Source of the DNA: Cenococcum geophilum
Lineage: Eukaryota
Assembly: GCA_050273025.1 (NCBI GenBank)
Contig: CP158635.1
Span: 32,984,001-33,048,000, forward strand
DNA length: 64,000 nt
Direction: 5' to 3'
Shown here: positions 12,458 to 24,960 of the stretch, in pieces
How positions within the stretch are numbered: position 1 is the first letter of the stretch
Layout: each line of letters begins with the position of its first letter
Program-made: the position numbers and the translations under genes
Notes under the pieces: model-generated
Database searches by the model: none
Seen by the model: only the letters and a program-made list of their open reading frames with translations
Told to the model about the DNA's origin: nothing

Positions 12458-14335
12458 ATGGAGATTGCTAAGATATATGCTCTTGCCGCGGGCGGTATCC
12501 TTATAATATTCTATATTTTTAGGCTTTTATCTTTTCTCTCTCGTTTCAAATATCGATTAGTCTATATATTTGTCCTTAACTATCTCGTTTACCCGCGAAT
12601 CTACCAAGGGTTATATTTTACTATACCACTCTCTAGGTACCGGGCCTTAATTTAAGCAATATACTAGTTGGGAACTATTGTATGCAATATTCTTAGCGTA
12701 TAATCTCTTTTCAATGCTAGCTTAAGAGCTGGAACGCTTACAATTATTAATTTTATACCTCTTCTTTTGGTAAGTCCCTTAGGCCTAGCAGCTAATATTA
12801 TTAGTATATTATTACGGAGCTATACGCAGCTTTATGGCTTAATTGCTATTATAACTATAGTGTAAAGCATTTTCCACTTTTTAGTTATTTTAGCACAGCG
12901 GAATTTTTCTTTTAAAAATTCTAGCCATTTAACCGGATTTTTGGTTTATTATAATCTAAATATTTTAGAAAGTAACTAAGATATATTTAGGCTTTTGTCT
13001 TATTAACCTAGCTCGTACTTTTCCCTTACGTTTAAAGGTTCTACTACGAAATTTTTCTAAAATCTCACTATACTCTTACAGTCTTTATAGGGCTTGTAAT
13101 ATTACAATATATAAATCCCAGCACTGGCCTTAATCGAATCTATCCTATTACGGCACTTAGTCTCCTTAGAATAATAATAGTGCTTCGCACCTTATAGATA
13201 CTTTACCGCAATATCCGGTTTGGGAAATCAGGAGCAAATACGGTGTTATAGCACCTCTTAGATGCCTTACACCTTTTAATCACACTTGCCCGGCTATTAG
13301 ACTTCCGCGCCGGCCAGTATATTTAACTTTAGACCCCTAGTACGAGCTTCTAGTCGTTTGCGCAGACATACTCGTTTATAATTACATAGTGGAACGAAGA
13401 TAGGACAGAGATTGATCTTCTTTTAGAAGAATACAGCTGACGAGGATTTATCTATAAATTAGTCCATTAAAAAGAAAATAAGTTCCTAAGCTAGGTCGAC
13501 GGACCTTATAAATTACCTCCTAGGCTAGGTAACTTTGGAACGGTAATTCTAATAGCTAAAGGTATTGGAATCGCGGCATAGCTACTATATATTAGGGAGG
13601 TTCTTATAGGCTGCCAAGATCGCATAATCCTTATAAGAAAAATAGTTTTAATATAGCAATACTATAATCCAAGTAAGTATATACTAAATTCTGCTAGAGA
13701 TTATAAGCTATAATTTTTATTTTAGGCTATAAAGACTAGGTAGTATAAAGAATGAATAAACTAATTAAGTTAGATAGTACTTTTGTAAGTAGACTTACTC
13801 TAATTAGGCTATTAGTAGTCTAATTAACTAGGTTCTTAAAATTCTTTATTTTAACTTAATAAAGAAGGATAGCCCAGAGATTATTGGAAGAAAGTCATCT
13901 ATTGAAATTAAAAGAGGCTTTGCGAATATTTTTAAATTGCTAGTTAAGCAATTTGAGTATAAAAAGGTGGTTAAGAGATTTAAAAGTAGGGAGGGGAGAA
14001 AGTAAGTTGAAAATAAAAAGGTGGTTAAGAGATTTAAGAATAGGGAGGGGAGAAAGCAAGTTAAAAATAAAACTATACAATTAAAGGGTCGGAAGGGAAG
14101 AACAATAATAATAGGTACGAAAGTGACTCTTCTACTTATATCTTATTCTAATAAATATAGTCTCCGGGAATGCCGGCATTTAAAATAAGATATAAAACTT
14201 TGTCCTAGCCTATAGGGCGTATAATATTAAGCTAATAAACCTTGAGTTTTAACCAGTAGAGATATATAAGCTAATGCTATTGCAAGCTAATCTAGAGGAA
14301 TCACGATTGCAAGCTTAGAAGGGAAATTTTAAGTA
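12458..14335 (+). pseudogene. Ferric reductase / NADPH-oxidase-like transmembrane oxidoreductase (FRE), RIP-inactivated, with introns
   Basis: Multi-TM N-terminus (RAGTLTIINFIPL, YEIFLKSH), FAD-binding FRAGQYI...Q(T/S)YSF (expected HPF), and NAD-binding VDGPY...FGTVILIAKGIGIAA*LLYI. Intron-like gaps at ~12943-12990 and ~13672-13724. Confidence 0.8.
13959..14066 (+). repeat. 54-bp in-frame tandem duplication within the FRE C-terminus
   Basis: ATAAAAAGGTGGTTAAGAGATTTAA...GGGAGGGGAGAAAG starts at 13959 and again at 14013. Confidence 0.8.
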
Positions 14336-14429
14336 TTAAGATTATAAGCTAAAATACATAGAATAAATAGAGGAATTGGAACTATAGTAGAAGCTTTAGA
14401 GGATTAAGAGGAAATAAAATTGTATTGGA

Positions 14430-15195
14430 TTTACCCTCGCCGCCTACCCCGCTTCCTAATAGCTTTAGTATATGATAACGATTTAGTCGGCTTTTAATAT
14501 CCCTTAACTTTGGCACGCTCCTAAGCTCGCCTTTTAGAGATCCGTGCGCTCCTTTAAGGAGGGGGTTGTTCTAAAACTATAGCAGTTATAGAAGTACTTT
14601 ATTAAATTATTACGGCAAGCGCAACGTGGTTCTTAAGAGTGGCATTCTTTTTTCGTCCACCCTTAGGCTTTTTGTAAGTTTTGGCAACCCTTAAGCGGTC
14701 CGCTGTTATATAAGCTTTACTAGCATGCGTGTCGGGACTTCGTTAACGCATTTAAGTGACCCTTCGCTTAAGGCGATTGCGTGTTTATTGTTAAGGGATT
14801 GCTATAGGTAAAGGGCTTACTTCTAGATTCTTCTATTGGTTAATAGCTGTCGGTTTTAAGCCCCAGCTGTTGTCCTAAATGCCCTCTACTTTCTACCGCT
14901 TTACCACTTTTTCTATTGCTAATTTCTTAATATCTAAACCGGTTTTGCCAAGTCTCCCTTTAATATAGTTATTGCGAAGCCGTTCTTCCTTATTAAATTG
15001 GTCTTGATTAAATCGTTAATTAGGGCGTACTTAATAGGTGTTAACGGCGTATATAGGCTCAGGGCTAGGGCTGCGAGTTAGCTCTTCTAAGTAATATAGG
15101 GGTGGTGGATTATTAAGAAGATACCGTCTATGCTTTAGATCTTGTAGATTGATCGCTTTAAGGGTGCGTTAAATTTGGGTAAGAGAATATAACAT
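14430..15195 (-). pseudogene. RIP-inactivated fungal hypothetical protein (W..EGIW...W motif)
   Basis: Reads MLYSLTQI*RTLKAINL...PPPLY...VRPN*RFNQDQ...AIEKVVKR*KVEGI*DNSWG, followed by a basic low-complexity tail. Confidence 0.4.
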
Positions 15196-15630
15196 TCTGG
15201 CACTTCCTAGAGGTAAATAAGATATAGGTAAAGGGATAGAATAAAGGGATAAAAGTGGGTGAGATGCGGGATCTAGGTGAGATAGCGCGACCCTAAGTAG
15301 TAAATGTGGGGCAGGGACCTAAAGCGCTAGGATGCAGCCATGGCAGCGTACTACTGCGCCTGCTATGCCAGAACCAAGAATAATAACATTATGGCTTCTT
15401 TTAGAACGAATAACCTTGCGCCTTATATAACCCACTCTTTATCCGGCTTTCTTACTACCTTAGATATACTTGGCGTGTAAGATTATATAAGCTTTATTAG
15501 TATAGAGATAATGGTGCTGTGCCGCTTCTTAGGCAGTACGGCGGCCATTATTGTAGTAAAATTAACGGCACCGTACTTAAATCCAGAAAGCTGTTCATTA
15601 TTAGTCCTATAATAAGCTTTTCTAAAAATA

Positions 15631-17270
15631 ATGAATTCGCAATATCTATGCCCTTAGCTATTGTCACTGTTTATACTAAAGCTAATAAATGTAAAAGCGG
15701 AACAAGTGGTCTAAGATTTACTTAATTGTTATTTAGTGTCCCGATTGCCAGATAATGCCCTAGGACTAGATATTGGCCCGCTTTTCAACTTACGCTTTCT
15801 AGAATATCTTGCTACTATTAGACGTTTGGATTGTGATATAATGGTCTAGGAACCCCGAATCTCTAGGCTTTAATGTGAGTTCTATATTTTTCGAAGTGGA
15901 GCTATTCTTCTTTAAGACTATAGTAGCTAATATACTACCTAGGTCTTAGGGGCGCGTCCTACCCCCTTTAAGGCCGGTCGCAAGCGTGAGGTTGTTCTAC
16001 TCCCTACTAAAAATACTGAGATTAGAATGGGTAGCATAGCTTTAATACTAGTTTAGTTTGAGTTTCTCTAGTATGGAGATAACGTTCTAGAAAAGTTGGA
16101 GACCTAGCTTAGCGACTTGTCTAAAAGGGTAGAGGACCCTAGGCTTGCGCGGACAGTTAAAGAAGTGCTGACCGTTCTACTATCTTGACGGATAATAAGA
16201 ATCCATACTTCTGTAAAGGCACTAGGGATGCGATATAAAACCCTATAGGGTATTGGCAGAGGCCAGTTTAGGGCGGTTTTCCGAGCTCTTAATATAGATT
16301 CTGGTACGTATATCGTAAAAAAGTTAATTCTATTAGATAAAGCCGATTTAATTTATATTAAACGAGAGGTTAAGACTATTACACGTCTTACTTATATACG
16401 TTTAATCTCTTACAACATATAGTTGTAATAATTTTTATCTATACTAACTTTTTCTATAGATGTATATTGTTGAATATATATAGTATAAGATAACTGCTAG
16501 TGCGATTAACATATTTACTAAACTTATGGATAGTTTATTAGATGATCTCCGCGGCTTAAGTAATGCCTACTATTATTCTATTGCCTTTAACTACATCCTC
16601 TACGCTCTCGACTATCTGGATTAGAATTTATTTATCTATTAGGACGTTAAACCTGCTAACATTCTCTATAAGGCTACTATTAGTGGCCATTACTTCTAGC
16701 TGGGGGATTTTGGCATCTATAATAAGGTAGCATTTATAAAAACGTATTGTGGTATAAGCCTTTACATAGCACCAAAGGTTTATGCTAGAAGGAGGTAGTT
16801 AGTAAAGGCTGATGTTTGGTCATTGGCAGTTACTATATTTGATATAAGAGATAAGTGTGGGTTCCATTTAAGATTAGAGGCTCTTTATATAAGATTAGAT
16901 TTTGGGGATCTATTCTAGTAGGCATCTTAATAGGACGTATTTAATATTGTTAGAGCTATAGCAAATAAGACACCATTTAAAGACTTAAAAGCGATGGTCG
17001 CTTTTAGTCCCCTATAACGCCCCTTAGCAGCTCAGTTGCTCCTATAAGCCTAGGAGTAACTTTAGAAGGCTACCGAAGTCTAGGAGCCACCTTAGAAGAA
17101 ACTAATTAATACTAGTGTCGAAGCAAAAACCAAGATACCTACTAAACTAGATATAGTACAAGTTGTGCAACGAGGGAGAGTTAGCCCATCTTTACGGGGT
17201 ATATTGAAAGGCAAAGTTTAAAAGGAAGACATTTCACTATATCTTAGTTAAGAGCCATTTACCTATTTTA
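15631..17270 (+). pseudogene. FHA domain + Ser/Thr protein kinase, RIP-inactivated
   Basis: FHA-like LATIRRLDCDIMV*EPRISRL*CEF...ILL*DYSS*YTT*V. Kinase motifs GIGRGQFRAV, IKREV, Y*DVKPANIL (HRD), LGDFG, TYCG..YIAPKV (APE), KADVWSLAV. One intron at ~16397-16459. Confidence 0.85.
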
Positions 17271-17326
17271 TTTAAATAGTTTGCTTCTATATATACTTAT
17301 CCCTTATATAGTGACTAAGAACTATT

Positions 17327-18418
17327 CTATACCTTTCCAATCTCTAAACTATTAAGGAACGTAGTTTGCTCGCGAATAGCATCCTAATCCCCTCTTAATA
17401 GGTATATTTTCCGAAGGCTAGCCTTTTAAAGTGTTAAGCGATGATTTTTAAGGAATTTTAGAAGAGTTTCCTTAGTAATAGTCGCTCGCTAAAGAGTAAA
17501 AGACTTAAGGTATAGAAAGCGGACCCTCTTGGCAATGCTTTCGAGAATTAGAGGACTGGCATTACTAAGAAATTTAAAGAAGAAGCCTAAGTTAAGGACT
17601 TGGATGTTTTCCGCAGCTAATAGGAAGTTTATAGCTGATTGTATGTCCCTTAGCTTTATACCTTTTAGTAGCAGCCGAGGACAGATATCGTCGGTGCGGA
17701 TTATGATTTAAAGAGTGGTAAGGGTTCGAAAAGCTAGTCTTAAACGCTTAAATTACTGACCTAAAATCGTATAAAGAGCCGTAAGGTCGACTCTATTGTC
17801 CGGAGTATTAATATCGAATTTAAATAGATCTAGCTTAAACTCTAAGATCGGGATAGGGTAAGTAGTTAATGCAGTTAAAACGGTTTTAAAGGTTTTGATA
17901 ACATCTATATCCTATTTAGCGGTGGTCTGCTGACGAATAGTCGTAATACCCTAACTAGGAGTTCGATCTAATGACTTGGGCCTATAGATTTCAACTTGAC
18001 GTAGGTTTAAGAGGTTGCGTAATGCAACTAAGAGAATTGCACTTCTAAATCCCGACCTTTTAGCGTATTCTTGGTCGTTATATAAAATAGTAAACTGACA
18101 CTGATCTTGTGTTATTGGAGGGTTATTATATAATTCTTCACTTAATGGCTAAACCTAGAGGTCCTAGTCTTGCTTTAGCCGTTTAGTTCTAAATCTAAGA
18201 GTCTGTAGGCGTTTAGTAAAGGGTCCTTACGAAATTTCTAGTAAGGTTTTAAGAGCTAATTGGGAAAGCATAAAGCGTTTAGTTGTAAAGAGACTACTAA
18301 AATAGTTAAAGTAGTAATACTTAACTTATCGGTATGTAAGTTGGAGAGCCGCTACCGCTTCTATAGGTAGGAAACTAAGTATTTTTTCAAAAAGTTTAAT
18401 AGGTAGATTAACAATCAT
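17327..18418 (-). pseudogene. F-box domain protein, RIP-inactivated
   Basis: N-terminus MIVNLPIKLFEKILSFLPIEAVAALQLTYR, de-RIPed LP.ELFEKILSFLP..AVAAL.LTCR, matching the F-box consensus. Confidence 0.7.
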
Positions 18419-18699
18419 AATGAAATAGTTATTGTTTCTTACATTATTATGCTAGAAGTCCCTGCTATTAATATTATATTACAAAAACGTCTTTAAAAAA
18501 ATAATAAGTTAAAAATAGATAAGTTAAAAATAATAGTACAGTAGAATGCTAAAGCGGCTTAATAGACGCCGACTGCGATCGCCTAAAGCGCCGTCTAGCA
18601 TACACCTTAGGAAAAACCCTAAACCGTGTTAAGTATCCTCCTACCTACTCATTTTGGTATAAACTTTACTAGAGGCGGATATATTTAATCCTGTAAAGG

Positions 18700-19050
18700 T
18701 TAGAACGCTTTAAAGAAGATATCTTATAATCTTTATAATTTGTTCTTTTATTAGTGGCTATAAAGGCCGCTTAGCAGATATATATATAAATAGTTTTCCT
18801 TTATAGCTGATAAGAATATAAATATCTGCATTACTAAGGCATTATAGCTCCTCCGCTTTTTTAAATACTATTTCCCTTCTTTTACGAATTAGTTTATAGA
18901 GTTATTTAGCCTTTACCTTTTAAATCTTCGTATCTAGGTTTAGGCGTAGTATTAAGTCAACACTAGTCTGTGATTTGCACTGCTTATAACGCCTAGTGCT
19001 CTTCTTGCTCTCTATATTGGAATTCGGGTATTCTATAAGGTGTATAGTAG
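18700..19050 (-). pseudogene. MADS-box (SRF-type) transcription factor-like, RIP-inactivated
   Basis: 18900-18735 reads LIRKRREIVFKKAEEL*CLSNADIYILISYKGKLFIYISAKRPL*PL, matching the MADS core KRR.GLFKKA.EL..LC.ADVALII...GKLY.YSS. Confidence 0.75.
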
Positions 19051-19471
19051 CAGGACAGCAGTATAGTAAATAACAAGACGTAAGAACTAGGGTAGGTAGA
19101 AAGCGGTATATAAAGCTTACTTTAATGAGAAAGGGGGACTTAATAGATAAGGGTAATTTTATAAAAGATAGATATAAAGCATAGAGGCTAAGGTGTTAAG
19201 GTATATAATTTATAGGAATAAAGATAATAAAAATAGAAGTTTAAAAAATATATATATAATAAAAGCTTAGCTGCGAAGTTTAATATAATGAACCTTAAAG
19301 ACGTAACACTTAAAATATAAAACAACCCTAGTAGCACTGTATATAAAATCGGGGCATGAAATTTCAGAATTAGGGGGTAATCGATCAAAGTGCCGCTTAA
19401 TATAATCTATTATCTTTGCAGGTCGACACTATACAAAATAGTGATTAGGGTCTGGTAAAGATTTATCTTAA

Positions 19472-19717
19472 AGCTGCTGTGCGTAAGGGACGGCAGTAAT
19501 ACTTTAAGATATCCTCGTTCTTAGATTATAGTGCTCTTTTTAGCTTAGAGGTCTATTTCTAGTTTAGCATTCTTATCCTTAGCGCATTTAGCAGGAGTAT
19601 CTTATAACAGTCTAATAGATTTAAATTCTTTATATGCTCTATATAATATATAGCGGTAAAACTCTAATTACTGCCTCGCGTAAGCCACATTCTCGCTTAG
19701 CCTAGTTATATTACACT
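19472..19717 (+). repeat. ~245-bp dispersed duplication (inverted copy at 35281-35530)
   Basis: AGCTGCTGTGCGTAAGGGACGGCAGTAATACTTTAAGATATCCTCG...TTCTCGCTTAGCCTAGTTA aligns to the reverse complement of 35281-35530, mainly with transitions and small indels. Confidence 0.85.
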
Positions 19718-20133
19718 ACGTTTCTATATTTAAAGACTAAGGTAATTGTGTAACCGTGTCTAGGTTCTAGAAATGATTAGATAAGTGATTAAACAATGCC
19801 GTCTTCTTCTAGTAATATAATTCCGTCCAATTTTTGGATTCTACTGTTTATTGGCTAAAAGCTCGGGATTAGTTATTGCTTTTGTTGTAGTATATCGTTA
19901 GGCCCTCGCCAAGTTATATATAAGAGGCTTAGCAGGGGCTATCACGCATAGGCCGAATTCTTGCTTAACTTCCCTCTGTTCTCCCTACCTCAATTACGCA
20001 TTTTAGAGTCTTAGCGGATGCCTTATTTAACTAAGGATAATTCTAAGTCTAGACCTTTATCTCTTATATAAGCGCCTAAATTATAAAGTAAGGAGAATTA
20101 AAATCCCTCCCTATTTGTTTCTAACACATATAT

Positions 20134-21060
20134 ATATAGGTATTACAACCATTGCAGATGCCTCTAATAGACTATACTATTCGTTACCTATATAGTTTAA
20201 ACGGCTAAGATATAGTAGGCGTTGGAATTACGGCACTGGTCGCTTATTTTAATGCTATTATAAAGTTCGCCCGGCCTACTAAGCTGCCGTTTATTGAGAG
20301 GGAAAAGTGCATCTATTAACGCCTCGGACAATATTATAATAGTATCCTTCAATTTTATAGGAGCCTAGAGGATGCCCTTATCCTATAGTATACCTATAAT
20401 AGTTCTATAAGACAGTACTTTGCGAAACAAGCTAAGCCGGTTCCGCTGCCACTATAACTTCGCTAGATTTAATAGATTATAGCTTTGATCGCTTTTATCT
20501 ACTCTAAATAGGTGCTGTATGGGGATATTTCTTATAATAACGTTTTCCTTAATAAAGAGCTTAATGCGAAGCTTGGCGACTTTACTGGGTCATTAATTAA
20601 TAGTTAAGCCCCTCTTATCTGTTATAAGACCAGTTATAAGCACCCTAAGATTAAAGGAATCTCTATAAGAAGTGAGGTGTTTACTCTTAACTCTACCTTT
20701 TATAAGATAATAATAGGATTAAAGCTATATAAGGAGCTTTTAGACTAAGAAATATGTAATATATATATTAAGGGAAAGTTTCTAAACCTAGCCGCTCTAG
20801 CTGCGTTTAACGATATTATTACTAAGTGCTAGGCCTAAGATTATATAAGTGTAGACAAATTGCTAAAGGATGTACAGGCTAAAGGTATGATTTTTAGTTA
20901 GTAAGGTATTTAGTACTAATAACTTTTAGTTACTGTCTAGTCAAGACTTATTACGCAAATTAACATCTCTACTATTCTTTATTCTACTATACTCCCAATA
21001 GCCCTTACTCTTATTCCTCTGCTCCCTATTATATTTTAGGTAAGAAATCGCAAATAATAA
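20134..21060 (+). pseudogene. Fungal protein kinase (HGDIS.NNVFLD / KLGDFAGS type), RIP-inactivated
   Basis: Reads IVGVGITALV, IEREKCIY*RLG, VLYGDISYNNVFLNKELNAKLGDFTGS, SEVFTLNSTFYKI, DIITKC*, followed by a hydrophobic C-terminal exon. Confidence 0.8.
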
Positions 21061-21124
21061 GGCTAGGTAGTGGTATTTTTATATTATTAGCAGAGATCTA
21101 AGTTTTTTTTTTAATTTATACTTA

Positions 21125-21344
21125 CTTTTAATTGAGGCGGACACTAGGGACATTCGCCCACTTTCCTTAATAATCCCATTACAATCACTTTACTATTTTG
21201 ACCTTTGGCTGGTAACGCATCGGGGTAGAAGTACCTATTGGCTTTAGCTCTCTAGTATTCGTCCTAGCTGCGTACTAATTAAATATGCTAAGCCGGTGCC
21301 CTGTATTTACTGTAGTAAAAGGAGTAGTCGTAGTAGTGATATAT
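21125..21344 (-). pseudogene. Small Cys-rich protein (MC...CPxC type), RIP-inactivated
   Basis: Raw IYHYYDYSFYYSKYRAPA...GECP*CPP. TAT/TAC>TGT/TGC restores MCH...C.KC...C...C...CPQC. The call depends on de-RIP inference. Confidence 0.35.
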
Positions 21345-22079
21345 TGTATAGTTAACGACAAGTATAGCTAGATTTAGTAAGAAGCTCTTGTTTAGAAGGG
21401 AGAGTAGATTATATAAGAAGACTAGGCGATAGGGAGACTTATCCTTTTATACGGTCTTTATGGCATTTCACTATCACTCTAAGCAATAATAGGTTTACTA
21501 GGTAAAGATACCATTCCTTATTAAAAGATATAAGGATTATCCCAAAACGGCCATATATAGATATTCGTTGCCTATAAATCTGTGCGCGCGATCTTCTAAA
21601 AGCGGATGTTACTGAATCTATCTAATGCGCAAACTTAAGCATTACTAATAAAGCGATCCACTACAGTGATTTAACTTTGTTGATTTTCTTCTACTCTCTA
21701 AGGGGATAGCCCTAAACTAGACGTATATAGTCGTTTATCCTTAAGGATTAGAAGGAGCTAAGAATATAGTATATCTAAGCCTTTCCTAAAGCGCAGAGAA
21801 TTGCCTTGCGATATTGAAGTCTGCAGCGTCTTGGCGCTAGTTTAGTAGAGTTAATAGTATAGATCGCTTATTATAGTAGAGGATGGCATTAATTAGCTTC
21901 TTCTAGCGAGGTGCTTCTGCTATATCATAGCTCTCCTCTGCAGCCGCTATTATCATTTGCATTTTGCACTTGCAGTCTTATAAATTAATATAGCGCGCAG
22001 TTGTCTATATTACTCTCTACGAACTAGCGTGCTGCACTTTATCGAAAGCCCCCTTTTAGCCAGCTAGTTGCCCTACTTA

Positions 22080-22268
22080 CTCTAGCAAAGTTTTAATAAA
22101 TTTCTAATAAAGTTCTAATAAATAGGAACCAATTGGGGCAATACGCAGGCATCCGCAATGCTAAGCCGCCGTTGTTTTTAGCAAGGGTCAATGCCACAGC
22201 CGCTGTAGGGCTGCTTAGTATAAATACCGTCAAACTTCCAACCAATTTCCAACCAACTTCTAACACTC
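22080..22268 (+). repeat. Two short arrays of 11-bp units with TTCCAAC core (intergenic)
   Basis: 22080-22123 has four RIPed units (ttctaataaag etc.). 22236-22268 reads ttccaaccaat ttccaaccaac ttctaacactc. Confidence 0.55.
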
Positions 22269-22342
22269 TCTACGATACTACTGTTTATGTTATAGCCCTT
22301 CGGCCATAAGTAATTATAGAATCTGGCCCTATGTAGCTAAAA

Positions 22343-22850
22343 ATATCTCGCTACACACTATTAACCATTGCCGCGGCAATAAAGAAGCTTCTTAAGGCCT
22401 CTAAATTGATCGCATATTAAGAAGGTGTAAAGCTAAATAAAGGGAAGCGTATCTAATACGCCTTCGCATTATTAGCGAAGCCACTAGAGGGCGCTTTAAA
22501 GACCGCGGAAAGACAGAATTATTATTGACAGTTTTTAAGGCAGGCCGAAAGGGTTAGTGGCCGCAAAATGGTTATGCTTTGCGCCGTCGGCCTAGGGCAA
22601 TCTTTAGTCGCTAGTATAAGGGATTGTGATAGGCTCTTGCTTCCTTCGGAATTCAAAGGGCATAAGAGCGCTTATTAGTGCGATGTCCTCAGGGATATAG
22701 TTAAGAAATACTCTATAAAAGGTGTGGAAGACTATAATGCTTTTAAAGTTCTATCGCTTAATTACTCTAGAAACCCCTGCGGATTCCCCACTAGTATAGC
22801 CGGCGTTACTTATAGGGGATATCTACAAGCTTACGGTTACTGACGCTTAA
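22343..22850 (+). pseudogene. RIP-inactivated fungal hypothetical protein
   Basis: Reads ISRYTLLTIAAAIKKLLKASKLIAY*EGVKLNKGKRI*YAFALL...KMVMLCAVGLGQSLVASIRDCDRLLLP in a protein-like frame with RIP stops. Confidence 0.35.
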
Positions 22851-24076
22851 GGCGTGGTTATATCCGATTATTTTAAAGGCTAAATATACTTGATAAACAT
22901 ATATAGAGTAGAGTCTGCGCCATTTATTACGATTCCTATTTTAAGGGAGCTTAGCGACCATTTTACTGCATAGCGTTGGCAAATAATATAATAAGTCTAA
23001 AATATATCCTACTTCTTCTTAATATACGCCAGCCTAGTAGATCCTATACTATAGTAATACCAATTATTACTCTAAGGAACCATTACTATGTATCCTTAGT
23101 CCTCTATCCTAACACCGCCTTTATATTTACCATCCCGCCTTTTATAGATTAGTACTGCTCTAATGTTATTTTGTATATTAATAACGATGGCAACAGTGCT
23201 ATTCGGGGGGTTAGTTTATATACCGTCCGGCTTTATCTAGTTAGGCGCCTTATAGTCGCCGCAATCGGTCTAAAGCTATAGTTAGATCCCACCATTATAG
23301 GCCTAGGGAGTTTTCTACCTCTTCTTTACACTCCCTTATAAGCGCGTCTTCCGAATTATCTTTAACTCTAGTTTTTCTGATTGTGCTAGCCATGGCACAG
23401 TAATCTATAACAATTAAAGTGAGTTATAATTAGTGTCTTCGTCGCGTAATATATGTGCCGTTAGAAAGCCGAGCCTAAGGGCAGATCGCGGTAATAACTA
23501 ATAGAGCTATTATACTAGCAATGTATAAGGTTAAGAGGAGGGTAGTTATATTGTAGGCTTGTAAAGATGAAAAAAAACCGAGAAACTAAGTGAGAATTCT
23601 GGTAAGCTTCCTATAAATATTAAAGACGTTCTATAGATTTCTTTAAGGGAAATGTAATAAATATACAAAGTTTAGTAAGAGGGGCTTTAATAAAAAGGTA
23701 ATAAGGCGACGATATTGTTGTTAAGAGTGACCGCATTAGCTAAAACATTTTTGGGTAATGGGCGTTTGACGCCTAACTGAAAAACCACGCTACCTTAAGT
23801 GGTTGGAGGGGTGAGAGTAATATATAACCCCGCCTAAGCCTATTTATTGCCATAAACCAACGTCTAGATATCTGTACTGCGCTTTGCTTAACGTATATAA
23901 TAGAGAGGGAAGTGAAGCGGAAAGTATTTACGTGGATTTTATTATAAGATTATCTACTTAAATCTGTAAGCTAGGGAAATGCCTAATGCTAAGTATATTG
24001 CTAGCTAAGAGCGGCTTTATTAAGGATTATGCTTCTATTTGCTCTCTTATATGCCTCCTACGGGTGTAAAAAGCTG

Positions 24077-24153
24077 GAGTCTAGTTAGAGTCTGGTTAAA
24101 GTCCGATTAAAATCCGGTTGGAACCCGGTTAGAACTTAGTTAGAGTCCTATTA
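24077..24153 (+). repeat. 7 x 11-bp tandem array (consensus ~GA[AG]TCCGGTT[GA])
   Basis: gagtctagtta gagtctggtta aagtccgatta aaatccggttg gaacccggtta gaacttagtta gagtcctatta. Confidence 0.75.
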
Positions 24154-24682
24154 AAAAATAGCCGCGAATTAGCAAACAACTAAAGTCTAAACCTTATCCT
24201 GTACTTTTTTTAAAGCGTCTCTATTCCGCTATAATATACTATAATACACTAGGCGTATAGAGGCCGAGCTAGATAAAAGGAATGCTCTAATCTTATTTGT
24301 TAGAACGCCTAAACCAGCTCCCTGGCTTCCGTTATTGATTTAAACAGTAACCTACCCCTTTAGGATTAGAGCCGCGATCCCCGGTATATAGCGATCTCTT
24401 TATATACACGGCAGTAATATGCCTATATATATGCTCTAGCGTCTCCTAAGGGGGCACTAATGAAAAACGATACTATTAGCTTCCTCCGCACACTTAGCTT
24501 ATTACTAGTTTTATATATATAAGCAACCTCCTATACCAAATATAAGGTTCCTATAATCTACTACGATTTTATTAATTAAAGTAGTATATATATACCATGG
24601 ATTCCGGAATAGCTCTAATATTAAAATCCACACATTGCCCATACTTTACCTGGACGGAAAATTATTGTCATTACCTTATAAA

Positions 24683-24960
24683 ATGTGCGACTATATTTGA
24701 ATAAAGCTTAAATGCGGCCATTCCATTAATAGAGTAAAAACGTAGTACCTAAAATACTATGAGACCTGCAAACTATATCCTCCCAATGTTATAGAAATGT
24801 GAGCATAGAGACCTTCTAATCCACTCTAGGGTTATTGCTTACGGCGTAATTTAGAGAGGGCTACCCGGATAAAAACTGCGGTAAGCTTTAAAGCAGCTAA
24901 AAAGATTGGGCGGTTGGCTTATTAAAACGTATAGCGGACTATTAATTAAAATTATAGATA
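24683..24960 (+). pseudogene. Small Cys/His protein (MCDY...CGH...WC..Y...CPPNV family), RIP-inactivated, with introns
   Basis: MCDYI*IKLKCGHSINRVKT*YLKYYETCKLYPPNVIE, then a GT-AG intron and a short exon ending ...KNCG. Confidence 0.55.
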
